64,000 bases of DNA from Styela clava. Its lineage: Eukaryota. The number at the start of each line of letters is the position of its first letter. The first letter of the stretch is position 1. The position numbers and the translations under genes are program-made. Positions 24,213 to 37,700 of this stretch are shown here, in pieces. The notes under the pieces were generated by a model. It saw only the letters and a program-made list of their open reading frames with translations, was not told where the DNA came from and did not search any database. The stretch spans positions 6,696,001-6,760,000 of the forward strand of contig NC_135255.1 of the NCBI RefSeq assembly GCF_964204865.1. Reading direction: 5' to 3'.

Positions 24213-26968
24213 CAGCGCAAGAGCAAAGTTACGAATTTCGTCATATTTATTTTAGTCTTCGAAAATATTTTGATTTGGGTGTACCCGTGATACGTATTCC
24301 GGTATATAAAAACCAATGGTATATTAGGCCAACTTGCCAAGCTTCAATTGGTATAAAAGCTGAGCCGTAAATATTGACTGGAAAAATTCGAAACTTTGTG
24401 ATTTATCTAAATTTGTCATTTATTAGAAATTAGTTGTATATATAAATATATGGTTTAACCACGGCACATATTTTTAGGTTCGTTGTCAACTCATTTCATT
24501 GGCCTATATATCTCCGCGTGTAATTTATGCGATTGCGTAATCGAGGAACAAATATTTACATCCATGTTAATGATATTATATATGACCGATATTTCGATGA
24601 ATTCCAGTTCAGATCTCGATAACAGTCAAATACAAAATATCTATCCAAATTTTATCTTGGAGAACTCGTGAGTGGGAAAACATTAATCTCATTACATAGG
24701 AGTGATACGCTGGGTCACATCTCTCGTCAATTTAATCGATTCGTTCTCGCTTAGAACTTCGCCAGATGTCGACAATTTAATTAGACTGGCTAAGGCTTCC
24801 ACAGATATGGGAATAGTGTAGAATTGATCAAATTACAACAACCCAAACAGCGTCCGAAGCGAGAAAAAAAACTATGTTTGCTCCAAGCAAAGGAAATGTA
24901 CGATCGAGTAAATCAGCGAAATATAAATTGTGGATGTACGAAGCAAATGACAAATGCGATACAACCGCGTAAATTTTAATACTTTTTTAAAGATAGGGCG
25001 AAAGCCAAATACACTTTTAATGCCTCCCAAATGTGTCATGAACTCCCAATAATCATTAATATATTGGGGAAGTGATTTGTGAACGTCTTCAACCTCCGCA
25101 TCTTACTAGGTCAATGCATTCCAGAGGAAAATAGTCTTACATATCTATGACTTGAAAACGATACTAAAACATCACGCGGTGTAGAATCGAATTACTCCCC
25201 TCGGGAACAACGCACGTCTGTTACGGTTAAGCTATCAGAGCCTAGCTTATTGGGGATAATGAACGAGATCAATTCTCGCTACCACGGTTCAATGGTTGCT
25301 TCTATCTGGGGGTCGAAATAGATCCACTTCGGCAATTTGAAAACTCCGGGATAATCTTGAGATGACTGTGGTCGAAATGGGTGATTGGAGTAGTAAACTG
25401 ATTAATCGCAGTCTCGAAAAAAAAAAACAGTTTTTGTTCGTTATACTAACGAAAATTGTGCTCCGCTAGATACATAAAATCATTGCGATAACGTAGTTTT
25501 ATTGCCATATTTGCTCTGCTCGTCGGTTGTCCGTGGTAAAGCTTAAGCGCCAAGTAGCACTCAAAAACTCAAACCCGAAACAATACAAGATTACCTGTCA
25601 ATTCTTGCTGATGTCTAACCTATCGTCCTCAATTAGCGTGTCACACTGGCCATGAAGGAGATATATACGTTAGTTTTGGAGCGTATTTGAGAGCATATAT
25701 TCTGAGATCGCCATGTTTTTACAGCATTCAGGCTGTGCATAAAACACCGGGTGGTTAGTCGACTGGAAAATCTCGAGAATTCGCCAAGTCAAGCACGCGC
25801 ACCGCGTTGACTCCTTATCAATAGGAATATTATTTCGTGAACTCAGCTCGCAAATTTATTACAAAACCGAATTAAATGTGCGGTTGATATTTACTCTGAT
25901 ATAGACCAAGGTGGTGTTGCTATAAGCTGCATTATTGTGTTCTGTGGTTTCCAGTAATCACCAGAGTTATGTAAAATTGTAAAGCCTTTAGCTAGCGCTC
26001 ACACAAAATTATGCTAAAATTACAGGCTTTATTCACCAACATGCGTAGGTACACCACAGACTCGAAAAAGATAATTCCAGCACTTGGAACGGTAGACAAA
26101 ATTAATCATTTTTATTAAAATCAAGAATTATCTATTTTAGGGTTACGTGAACATAACGTTGGTGTCGCCAGCGAAAAGCCGAAACCCTGAAATTTAGCAT
26201 GCCTATCAATCAAACATCAACGGCTTAAGATAAATTAACATTCCGAAGATGACAACTTTATTGACAAACTTGGACAGGATAACGCAGTAATTCTTATAAC
26301 CTCGCAGCGTACACCTGATATCGCGTTCGCTACCCGCAGGCGAAATCAAAATATTGGTTTCCAGTAAAGCTGTCGACTACGTCAGACAAAATATCCTCAA
26401 AAAATGTTTTCGTTATCATGATGCAGACCATATCACATAAATTGTACCGCTCAGGAAAAGCTGAGTTACTGCCAACTTAGTCGCAGTCTATACAAATAAA
26501 AGGCAAATGCCACTTCTGCCCAGGGTGCCAGACGATGAAAATAGAAAATATTGGGAATTGTATTTTGAACTAAGCATACATGGCCCAATACTGAAATATG
26601 CAGCACAGCATATAATCGGGTAAGATTTTCCGGCAATTTCGTTTCGGGAATGTTTTCCGGAACGGTTACGCCTTCGGTTGACCTAATAAAACAGTCATAA
26701 TAATAAGTACCAACTCCGTATAACCAAAAAGACCAATAGTAACAAGAAACTGGCAAAAATTTCAGCCGACTGATGAAAACTGTGGGTGCGCAGCATAAAG
26801 AAATCTACTCCATTTCCTTAAAAAATGACATTATTTTCGTAGCTCAAACCAAATCATAACAAGCTACGCCTCGTTATAACTTACTTGAAGGACCAAGTAC
26901 CGGTTGATGTAACCATATACATTATGTTGATATACCATATAACCTTGAACGCAATTTATCGAATTCAC

Positions 26969-27171
26969 GGTGACCGTACATTTGAACCCATGTACATTTG
27001 AACCCATGCGTATATCCACGGGTTCAATCTATATGCGGGTGCTAAAACCAATGGGTTAGGGTTAGTATGGGTTTAACTATCCGTGAAACAAAAAAAATTC
27101 CATAGGTGCAATAGCATACAGGTGCAATTGTCATGGGTTCAAATGTACGTGGGTTCAAATGTAATGGAACC
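26969..27171. mobile_element. Mutator-like MITE with 9-bp TSD
   Basis: Exact flanking CGAATTCAC at 26960-26968 and 27172-27180; GG...CC termini; TIRs made of tandem TACATTTGAACCCA units; central GGGTTAGGGTTAG. Confidence 0.85.
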
Positions 27172-30100
27172 CGAATTCACCGCCTTAAACAAGAAATGAT
27201 CAAAAAGGAGATGGGTGGGAAGTACGGTAGAAAAGAAAACTTTGGTTGAGCAAACTGGAAATGTAATTATACTGTAATTTACAAATACGTCGAAATGTTG
27301 CAGACGGATCTAGCACCACTCTTCACAACATCGTGCTAACCACATATCATCATTGTTACAGGATGTAACAAGTACATGACAACATTTTAATTGCCACCTA
27401 TAAATGGGATAAGTAGCAATTATTCCAGCCATGAGGTGATTTCGAAACAAACAGGAAAATATCGGGTACTTGACGAAATTACAGTCGTTCAATTTACAAT
27501 CAAAATTCCCACAATAGGCCGCCACCGATGCTCACTAAAATCACCGAGATAAGTTTCAATTTAACTCAAACGAAACTAACAAAAATGACCGAAAGGAAAA
27601 TATATCATGTTACGCTAGACTAGAGAAATGATATCACAAAACCAGAATCTTTGGCGCCGTGATCCATTCAAACTGATATTGCGAAGGCGTGTATGGGAAG
27701 TTGTTATCCCCATCAGAAAATGTACCTATGTTATGCACTGTGTTTGGAAAACGATAGAAGAACGACCGCCCGACTCAAATTCGTCTTCGCAAAGTATAAA
27801 ATTTAGTCCAACGCGGATGAAAAAGGTGTGGGTTGTTTGCACCATATACAACGCTTGACTTATTTTTTTTGGCACGATCGGGATTCAAGATGGTGCGAAA
27901 TTTGAAGTGAACACTGAAGCTGTGAACAAAGGAACTGTAAATTCGTAAAAGACATCGATCTAACAAAACAGCAGAAAAATCGCTCATTCAAGCGAACAAA
28001 TCTTCAAATAAAGCGTGAACCCCTAAGTTCACACTAGAAGCGAGAAGACAAACAAGGCGTAAGAGGGGTGCGAAATCCCACTTTTGTGTTTAACGATTTC
28101 AAGTAACGAAATGATGCAACGTCTAATGCTAAGCGAAATGATCCATGCCGTGGACAAGCAAACATGAATACCGGTAATGTCATAGAATTTAAATGGCTAG
28201 CAACATTACAAAAAAATATTGGCCGGAGGTAAATTTTTCACTCAATTGAATACAACAATCTTTTCGGTGCTGTACGCACGAACCTCCAAAAATCGCATTT
28301 GAAATTCAACACCTCGGTACAAACAATCATAGTTTACGACACACAATACGACAGGTACATTTCAACAATCTAACACATTGTCAAAAAAAACGGTTCAATT
28401 CTAATAAATCATTTGAGTTGTCGAAACGATATCGATGAACTTTAACGAGCAAGGTCTTATTAGCAAAGGTTTGACGTCGTTTTATGTGACCATTATACGA
28501 TTTATTAGTATACCAATAAGGTTTCGTGTAACCACAGAAACCAACCAAACCTATTAACTCAAATCACAAGCAAATATAGGTTCACAGAAATGAGTGCAAA
28601 TAACATGCGAATAACAATATTTTGAATACGATTGTTACGCAACAAACGATAGGGATATCCAACAAAATTTGTACCAGAAATGTAACCAAAATATTTACAG
28701 AGATATTTTCATAAAATTGCAAATAATCGAAAGTTATACGAGAAATCGATTCAAAATGTGGCGAATCTCGATAAATTCAAAGTTTTTACAGGGAAAATAT
28801 GACATATAATGATCTCAATGCACTACGAATGCGAAAAAATTATAGAACACCAATCTATTTTTATTATACAGTATACGTGTCGATTCGTTTGCGTAAAATA
28901 TGGCGAAAACAGAAATCCAATTTTTAGCTCACTGTGGGTTATTACAACTTAACCTAAAAATGCTGTTCTGCGTACAGTGAGGTTTATACGAAAAAGGAAT
29001 TCCGACAAGAGTACGAACGCTGAGGCCACGGTTCAATCACGCATGCCAAACGCGGTACGAGGCTTTCAAATTATAATAAACCCATTGAAGCATAACAAGA
29101 ATAAATTAGCTTATATATGGTTTATGGTAGGTACAACGCACATACAAATTGGCATGACCAAAACGTTGAAGATCGATCGATTCCAAATAAGATAGGCAGA
29201 GCGCAAACTAAAATCGACCGAGCAAATTCATCAATTGGTGTTGGCTGGTAAAGCATCATTCGATATGTACCCACTAGGATTAAAGCATTTCATATTTAAC
29301 AACAACGTTCATGGCGCAAATAATTAATGAAAACGGCTTGCTGTCGACAAGGCCGTCGTCGCTCGCTCGATAAAATCGATAGAAGGGAATCAAATAACTC
29401 GAAGTTTTACTGTTTGGTACCAAATACAAGAATTACAAGTTATGTGCAGATTAAGAACATTGAACAAAAAAATACCATGCGTTTTCATGTTTCTCGCTAT
29501 AGCAATAATCCTTATTCTAAACATTCAGGCCTTACATTTATCCTTGAAAATATAAATATGGCACAAAATAATGAAGATGACCCAACAAAAGATATATTCT
29601 GAGGCCGTCGTGAACGTAATTTCGATTTAGTGTGTACTAAATCGATCCACTCATCCGAATTTTACTTTGTGATATAGACATAATTAGTAATTACACTGAG
29701 AATATGAAAAAGACTATGAATGAAAAACTGTATACATGTGTCGTCATTCTGAATTTCGTTATCTGAATACCAAATGCAGCCAATTTTTGCGCCTCGCGAA
29801 AGGCATTGATAACTATTATAGGGAAAATAGGAGGACCATTCAGACTGGTCGTGGTATTCATAAGAACACTTGACAACATAGCACCCTTTTGTTATCAGAG
29901 TAGTCCGTACGAACAGCGACGGAGAAAGAAGACAATCGGTCCGGGTGGTTGAATAAACACTGATACCTATTTCTGTCAGTTATTACAGACCAGAAATATG
30001 CTGCTTGTTTGTACCAGGCAGTCGCAGAAACAATTTCAAAATATTCCACCGTGTTTTATTACAAAGAATCGCGCACCAAGGTAGTTGAGCCATGCTCCAC

Positions 30101-33100
30101 CTCATTACTATTTATAACCGGATAAACAGTATGCTATTCGATGAAAGAGAAATTCAATTAGGATATTTGCAGAACCACGTTTAAAGTCACCCTTGGCTGA
30201 TTCCGAGAACAGGAATACCATTCATAAAGTCATCAATACAGTGAGGCTTATATGCTGAACAAAAGAATGTCTACAAGTTCGAAAAAATCACGTCAAAATT
30301 TAAAAACAACAGCAGCTGCGTTTTGTTCCATTTAAATATAATATATAAAAATAACAAAATCAAGATTACTATCAAATAACCACAATCACGAAATTAACGA
30401 CTATAGCTTTACAATGCTCCAAATATGGCAAATAAAACCCATTCCGTAATATTTCAACTCATTTGCATAAAATTGGAAAATGTATGCAATATGCCAAAAA
30501 CTATGCCAATATCTTTGAAACGCACAATATTGCGATAATATCATGAAATTAGGAGATCTAAAAGTAAGAATTCTACCGCGGTAAACAAGCGGTTCAAGTT
30601 CACGTACGTTCAAATTTTATGACATACCAAGATGTAACATTATATTTCTCGGATGTTCATGTCGCCGGAGGCTACATTACGCTACAGTAACGTAGAAAAC
30701 AAAATAAAGTAAATTCAATAGATTCGTCTTATCAAAAGCCTTTGTCTGGTTCGCTCGACCGGTCATTTCGGCTTTCGGAAATTACGCAAGGAGTGCTGGA
30801 CAGTCGGAAAATTTTTAAATAGCTTCGTGAGCTATTTATTTTAATATGGTACATATGCATAATTACCATAACAATCGGCGCGAATATAAAGTAGTCTGAA
30901 CTCCAAACACATTTCTATTGAATATTGCGATTTCAGAATTCATGTTTTTACCCCGAAAAATTGCATCGCACTAAAAGCGCACTCCGCCATTTTGACGTGT
31001 CTGGTGGGTTTTTATGTGAGTATAAAAGACCGCGACATTCGTCTATGGAAAAACAAAGAAGTGTTTTTAAATATCCTACGCCGCATAACAGCGGGAGTCT
31101 GTGAGTAAAAGCAATTTTCATTTTGGCTTGATGCTGAACGTAACGAAGTAAATATGCTTGCTGTTGAGAGATACAATAAACAATATAAATCCTCTTTCAG
31201 CACGTAATAAAAATGTATTAAACGGTTTTAGGATCAATATCCGCGTAGGAAATTACATAGATAATAGGACGAGCGCGGAAACACAAGAGGAGGTTGTAAT
31301 ATGTTTTCCATCGAATAATCTGCTCCTTTTAAGATTTAAGAGTCATTCAATTTCACATAAATCGAAGTCTCAAAGCTTTATCAAAGTGAGTCACAAATAG
31401 AAATGATAAATAGCTAAAAATGAAATGAAACTACCATTAGAGCCTAAAGTAGAAAACAATTGGTCAGTCGGTCGTCAGATGAAATGAATACACACCAATA
31501 CGAAAAGTCAATCGAAGCGCACGTAGCCTTGGAAGTACTTATAGATTGCTTTATATAGTGTATATAGCTCTCACAAAAAACGCTTGATAAAACACCGTGA
31601 GAATCATACAAATTATGTACAAATTAAACAAGGAGTTACATAAAATTGCTGACAACTGATAACAACGTAGCGCTTCGCAGAAACTGGTAATTAAGTATAC
31701 AAGGTAGTTCTTGTTTTTGAAATAAGGCAGTGAATATTTTTATCAAGCCCAAAGGTACTTTGCGAATCACTAAGGCAGAAAGATTAAAAATATTTCGAAA
31801 AGCTAGACAGTTATAAATTCAACCTTTACTAACGCTACCTTGAAAGATTTGTGAATGCCAAACAATTTTTTGAAAATTTACGCGGATTGATTTGGAATGA
31901 AACAATCTTAGTAATAAGTACTTCTAATTGCCACATTTTGATGAAATATAGATTTTAGGTGTTTCACTCATATCGAAATAACGGGAAACAGAATAAAAGA
32001 AATAATAAAACGTTTCTTTCAAAAGAATAAATCCTTTCATGTATCATTAAAACAAAAGGCGATGTTACAAAAAGCTATTTATCATCAAAAGTGCCATTCC
32101 CACTAAAGTAAAATAATGCCAAGCTGTGTAACAAATGATAATATAAAGATAGAACAAAGGTGTTCTTGGAGCGAGACAAATGAACAGAAAGAAAAAAAAC
32201 CAATACAAATGAACGACAACCAAACGAGGGTAAACAACGCGATTTTACAACAGCGTAATGGAAATTTGAGTCGCCATTGGAGAAATTATATCAGTGGTGG
32301 AAGGCGACGGATCCTAAAATAGATATCATAAGGGAGGTTACACCAAACTACACGAAAGACCATGACAAAATTTATACTATATAAATGTAGCATATCACAA
32401 ATAACAATTACTGGATATCAAATTAAGTGCACATAAAGGAATATAACAAACTCCATCCATTTTCAACCGCAAATTGGTCAGTGACACAAGCGTAAGCCAA
32501 TTGCTCGATACGCCGTTCCAAAGGTCTAGTTACACATTAACCCAAAGTACACAAAAATATGGTACAGTAAACATATGGACATATAGATAACAGTGTTCTG
32601 AAACACATACCACGGAGTCGTGGTCAAAAATACTTTTGAAATTAGAAGTCACAAATGCGAATTGTGATGATGAATTCTAAACTAGTTCGCGAAAGCGATG
32701 TATCGGCGATACCGAGTTCTCTACAAAATATCATTTAGGTGTTACACAATTTATGAACACAATGTCGCAAAATAGTTGCATGATTGATTAACAGCTGTAT
32801 ATAGGTAACTATAATATTAACAAGACCACATTATCCTTTCATTCAATACAATTCGAATAAATTAATACAGAAAAATTTTATAGCAAGTAGAATAGATTTA
32901 TGTCCGGTTTTTTGAAAATGCTTCAACTGGGATATGTGAAAAAGAATCAATCCTCATTTGAAATCCTTTTGTATCACTAAATATAATATTAATTATTGTG
33001 ACACTGACCAGTCATGCAAGATGACTGTGACAGAAGTAGTGTATTATTCTTGTGGCAAATGAAAATATCAATAGCACATCTACATTTTATTCAACAACTT

Positions 33101-34789
33101 GTACACAAAAATTTTCTGGGTACATAGCAACCACAAAGATATACAAAAATCCTTAAACTAATCTACTATGGTTAAGATGTAGTGCTTCATAAGCATTTAA
33201 TCACATGTTCTGAGAAAATCAAGTTATTCATCATGATTCAAACCATACAATATAATTGAGGCATAATATCTATCAGGTAAAGATAAAACTTTTCGCAACA
33301 AAAGGACCAGAAAGGCAGGGTCTGATGATTTCAATAGAAAAAAATTTAAGTGAATCAGGTCTCGCACGCCAACTCAGAATGGCAGCGAAGCGTTGACACA
33401 ACAAGCCCTCCAGGCATTGATTAAAGGTTAAACATTCGTAAGATAAATAGCAAGTCACGTAGCCCAATAATTTAACTGGCAACCTCCATTACAAAAACCA
33501 AACAACCTACACTTAAGATCTTTATTTATTTTTTTATTAAAAACAATACAGAATAGTGTTCGCTTTTAAACAGTAAAAGAGAAAGTGCTGAATACTTCTA
33601 AATTGTATTGAATAGATCAATTATTACTGTAAATATTCCCCTATCCAGATATGAGTAGATCTATTTGATGCTAAAAGAACGTACCGAACAATTAATGATA
33701 TGCTTAAATGATAATGACTATGGAACTCATTAGTAAAAAAAGCTCCAAACGTAAATACAGTAAAAATTCCCTAAAAGCACTTCCTCATATGGAAAGAGTC
33801 CTAAACTGAATATTAAATAAATACCAAACACTGTGTACAGCATAAGGTACATAAATAATTTCACATTGAGGGTAAATAAAATTGCGAACTGCACGACTTC
33901 AACTACCTCATAAGATTTTATCAATATAAGAATGGGTATTCCTACTGGTAAAATTTATTTTTTCAACATTGAAATTCAACTTAGCACTAATTTGTTGATT
34001 GTAACATTGCGTATAAAACCACTGAAGGTAAGTTGAAAGACCAGTCAAAAATATTCACCCTTATTGTACACAGCTGGGTATGCTATCAGAAATGATCCAT
34101 GTAGAACCTATTCTAAGCAAGAAATATTTTTTAACTGGGATCACCTTATTAAAAACGGTAAGCACAATACTTTATGGACGGCCATTGACCAAGCAATGCG
34201 AATCGCTATGTCTTGAAGAGAGATTTTATACAAGATGTGCGAAAATAATTTTAAACACACAAATGCCACACACATACGTGTGGTCGAGTGTATATAAAAT
34301 TATCAATCTAATCTAATGAAAGCTTAAAAAATATGTACAAGCTCGATACAAGTAAAAATATAGACAACATACAGGGAGAGGTTTCGAATGTTTAACATTT
34401 GTACCATAAATAAGTTGAAGTTGAGACTTGACATCTAACTGCACCCTTTCTACTATTGATCAAGCATGTCTAACTTGTTTAAAGTTAGAACGTATACCAG
34501 TAGGTTAAGAAACCTAGATGTTATATAATAGTTACTATGATCAACTAATATTTTCAGTCCTTGGGTGAACATAGTAATCAGGCATAAAATAGTATTTAAA
34601 CCTCTTTTTTTCAATTGTAGAGAAGAAACAAAAGCTAAAGATCGAAAATAAAAAAAAACTTGAGGGCAGAATCGTTGAGTCAAAATCAAATACAGCAAGT
34701 CTCTTGAATGTTTTTCAGTATACCACTGTTATTTGACACTTTCAGACCATTTATCGCTTTTAACATCCGTAAGACTTTCAGGTTCCACA

Positions 34790-37700
34790 TTATGCAAAAT
34801 ATTCTTTACCACCAGCCACACCTTTAGTGTATTCATAATTTCCCTGTGGCTTCTTTCCGTCCACACCATATTCCAAAGCATAACTGCCCTCATCTTTTTT
34901 TCGCATGCGATACACAAGAAGCATAATGACGCATATTGCGAATAGAAGGCCTATACAGGCCCCAGCAATAATTGCACCCAAAAATGATGGATCTTTGGTT
35001 GGTGAGGCACCAACTGGTTCCATTTCTTCATCCTCTAACTCAGTTGTTTTTACATTCTTCTGCTCTGGTTCATCCTGTTGGGGAAAGAGTTTTATGTCAA
35101 AAATTCATTTAGGATTCCAGCCAGGGAAATATTTTTTTATTTAACAAAACAACAGAAAATTATACCTCCTCGGCTAAGACTCCTTTCGTTCCGACTCCTT
35201 TTGTTCCTTTGTTCAGGTCTTTTGGCAGTTCATGAACCTGAGGAAAACAAAGAGCATTAATAAGTAAAAAATATTGCTCATTACCCAGAAATTGTTACAT
35301 TAGATGAGATGCATCGCTTCATAATAGTTATTCATAAACTCACAGCACAAGTGAGATCAGAATATTCAATAATATAGTATTTAAGTGATACTGATACATA
35401 CAAAAATAAAGTCATATTGAAGTATTGAAGGATATGACAATTTACCTTGATAGGTGTTTTAGCTTTCTCTCCATTTACTTCAGGTTCTTCCTGTAATAAG
35501 AAAAAACTAAAATGAAAACCATTGGAATTCGCAATAAAAAAAGGTTCGACATGTCGCCAAGTTGAAGACAAATTAAGATCAATTAAGTGTTTTAAACAAC
35601 CAGTTACTGGTGAAAAAAAACTTACACCAACATCTATTTCTTCAATGTCAGCATCATCGTCATTTTCACTTGTTGGAATGGGTGCACCTGTTGTAAAAGA
35701 TTTTCATTAATTGAGATTTCAAAATATATGCTTCAAGTATGTCAATGACAAGCACATATCACATATAAAATGTTAGGACTAAAAGCACCTAACAAATGCC
35801 TTCATTCCCACCATTCTAAATATTGAAACAAAATGATAAATGTTATCATAATATAGATTGATAAAAATATATGTTGCTGAAAATTGACAAGTTAATACAA
35901 TGAATAACAAACGTGTGAAATGTAAAAACAATAATCTACATCACCACATCAAATTACTACAGTTCAAAAATCAAAAAACAACGTCATACAAAAATTGATT
36001 AGTGGCGTAAAAGATTAGGTGGCTTGCATTTTTAAATGCCCGTTGAAGCTTAAAACAGTACAATTTCTCATTTATATATCAGTGCCCAAAATAAGACATC
36101 AAATTTAAAAATTTATGTACCGGTAATTGGAACATTTTGTGCTAAAAAATGTCATAAAATACAATATTTATGAAAGATATGAATATTCTTTAAAAAAGCT
36201 AGTTTTATATATATATATATGTGTGTGTAAAATGAAGATGATTCAATTCACACCAAACAAACACATGCTATGAAAAAAATATGAACAAAATAATATAATG
36301 TGAAACTAATTAAACATAACATCATCATTAATAATTAAAACAGCTATTGCTGATGTCTCAATAAGTGCAAAGATGAAAACTTGTTACTTAGCAGTCATGT
36401 AACACTGTTGAGAATCTTAGAGACACTGCCGAGAATTTTCCTTGGTTAAATTTTAGGAAGTATAATTTGTGGTATATCACAATTTTACTTTCACAGTAAA
36501 ACTGAATGGTAAAAGATAAGAGGGCAGGTTGATGCAATTTATTCCATCTAACTTTACCTAAAAGATTGATGAAAGCAATTCATGAATCTAATCGAGTGTA
36601 TTATATATTACTTCTTAGGGCACATGAAATATTGTGGCAGACAGTGGCAACAAAAGTAAATATGTGTGATGAAATATGATAAATATTCTTAGTCAAAAAT
36701 GAAAATTTTCACAAAGAGACAATACCACACAATGTTTCATACTTCAAGCATGCATAGAAACAAAAACAAAAATCCATTCCGATTGAAAACAATAATTTCA
36801 AAATGTATTAGATAGACAAAACTATAAAATGAAACTGTTAATGTAATATCTCACATCAACGTAGAAAAAGTTAAATAAGTTTCATATTCAAGATTTCTTA
36901 ACAAAAAGCTTGATTGTGTTAATTCCATTACTGGTACTTTAATTTAAAGAAATCCAACAAAGCACACTCGATGAGCTTTCGTACCTTTAAATTTATTTTA
37001 TTTCAAAATATACTCTTTCTTGAACATGGACTATTCAAGTACATTTGATAGGCCCGTTTTTTTAATATTTTTAAAACATTTCCAGAAAATACTTATGCAA
37101 CTTTTTGTTCATGGCTATAAATGAAATAAAATCCAGTTTTTTTTTAGCATTCTGTACCCAGTTGAAATTATTTTCAAGTCTAAATATGACCCATGAATCG
37201 AATGTATCATGCATTGTACAACAAGCAACATCGGTTTGTTGTATTGTCTACTAAGACATCACTACCAGTCACTGCTTTAGCACCTGAATCTGTCAAAATG
37301 CTGGATACTTCATGCAACTTCGGAATTTCCGTGCTTGTCATAGAATGTATTTCTCCTTCTTCAGCAAATACAGGTGCGATCGTCTCGGTTATAACAGTAG
37401 AAGACATAGTGGTTGGATGTGTTTCAATAAATGTAGTGGTTGTCGCTTGATCGTCATCAATTGGTATAAAGCCTTGGAATTAATTATATACTGCAAGATG
37501 ACTTCCCAATAGTTTGAGATAAATTAATATCTCCAATACAGTAAAACAACACTTTATATTATTTAACATAATTCACAATTTCAATTGTCACATTAAATTG
37601 GAGTAGCCAGTAAAAGACTATTCAACTATAGAAATAGACATATTATTCTGGAAGATATTAAACTATACTACTGGTACAAACCCACATACCAAAGATATCA

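Noticed and set aside
26955-27190. miR-124-like sequence at the MITE insertion site (GAATTCACCGCCTTAA)
   Set aside because: It lacks four internal bases including part of the seed, and no precursor hairpin is evident; coincidence.
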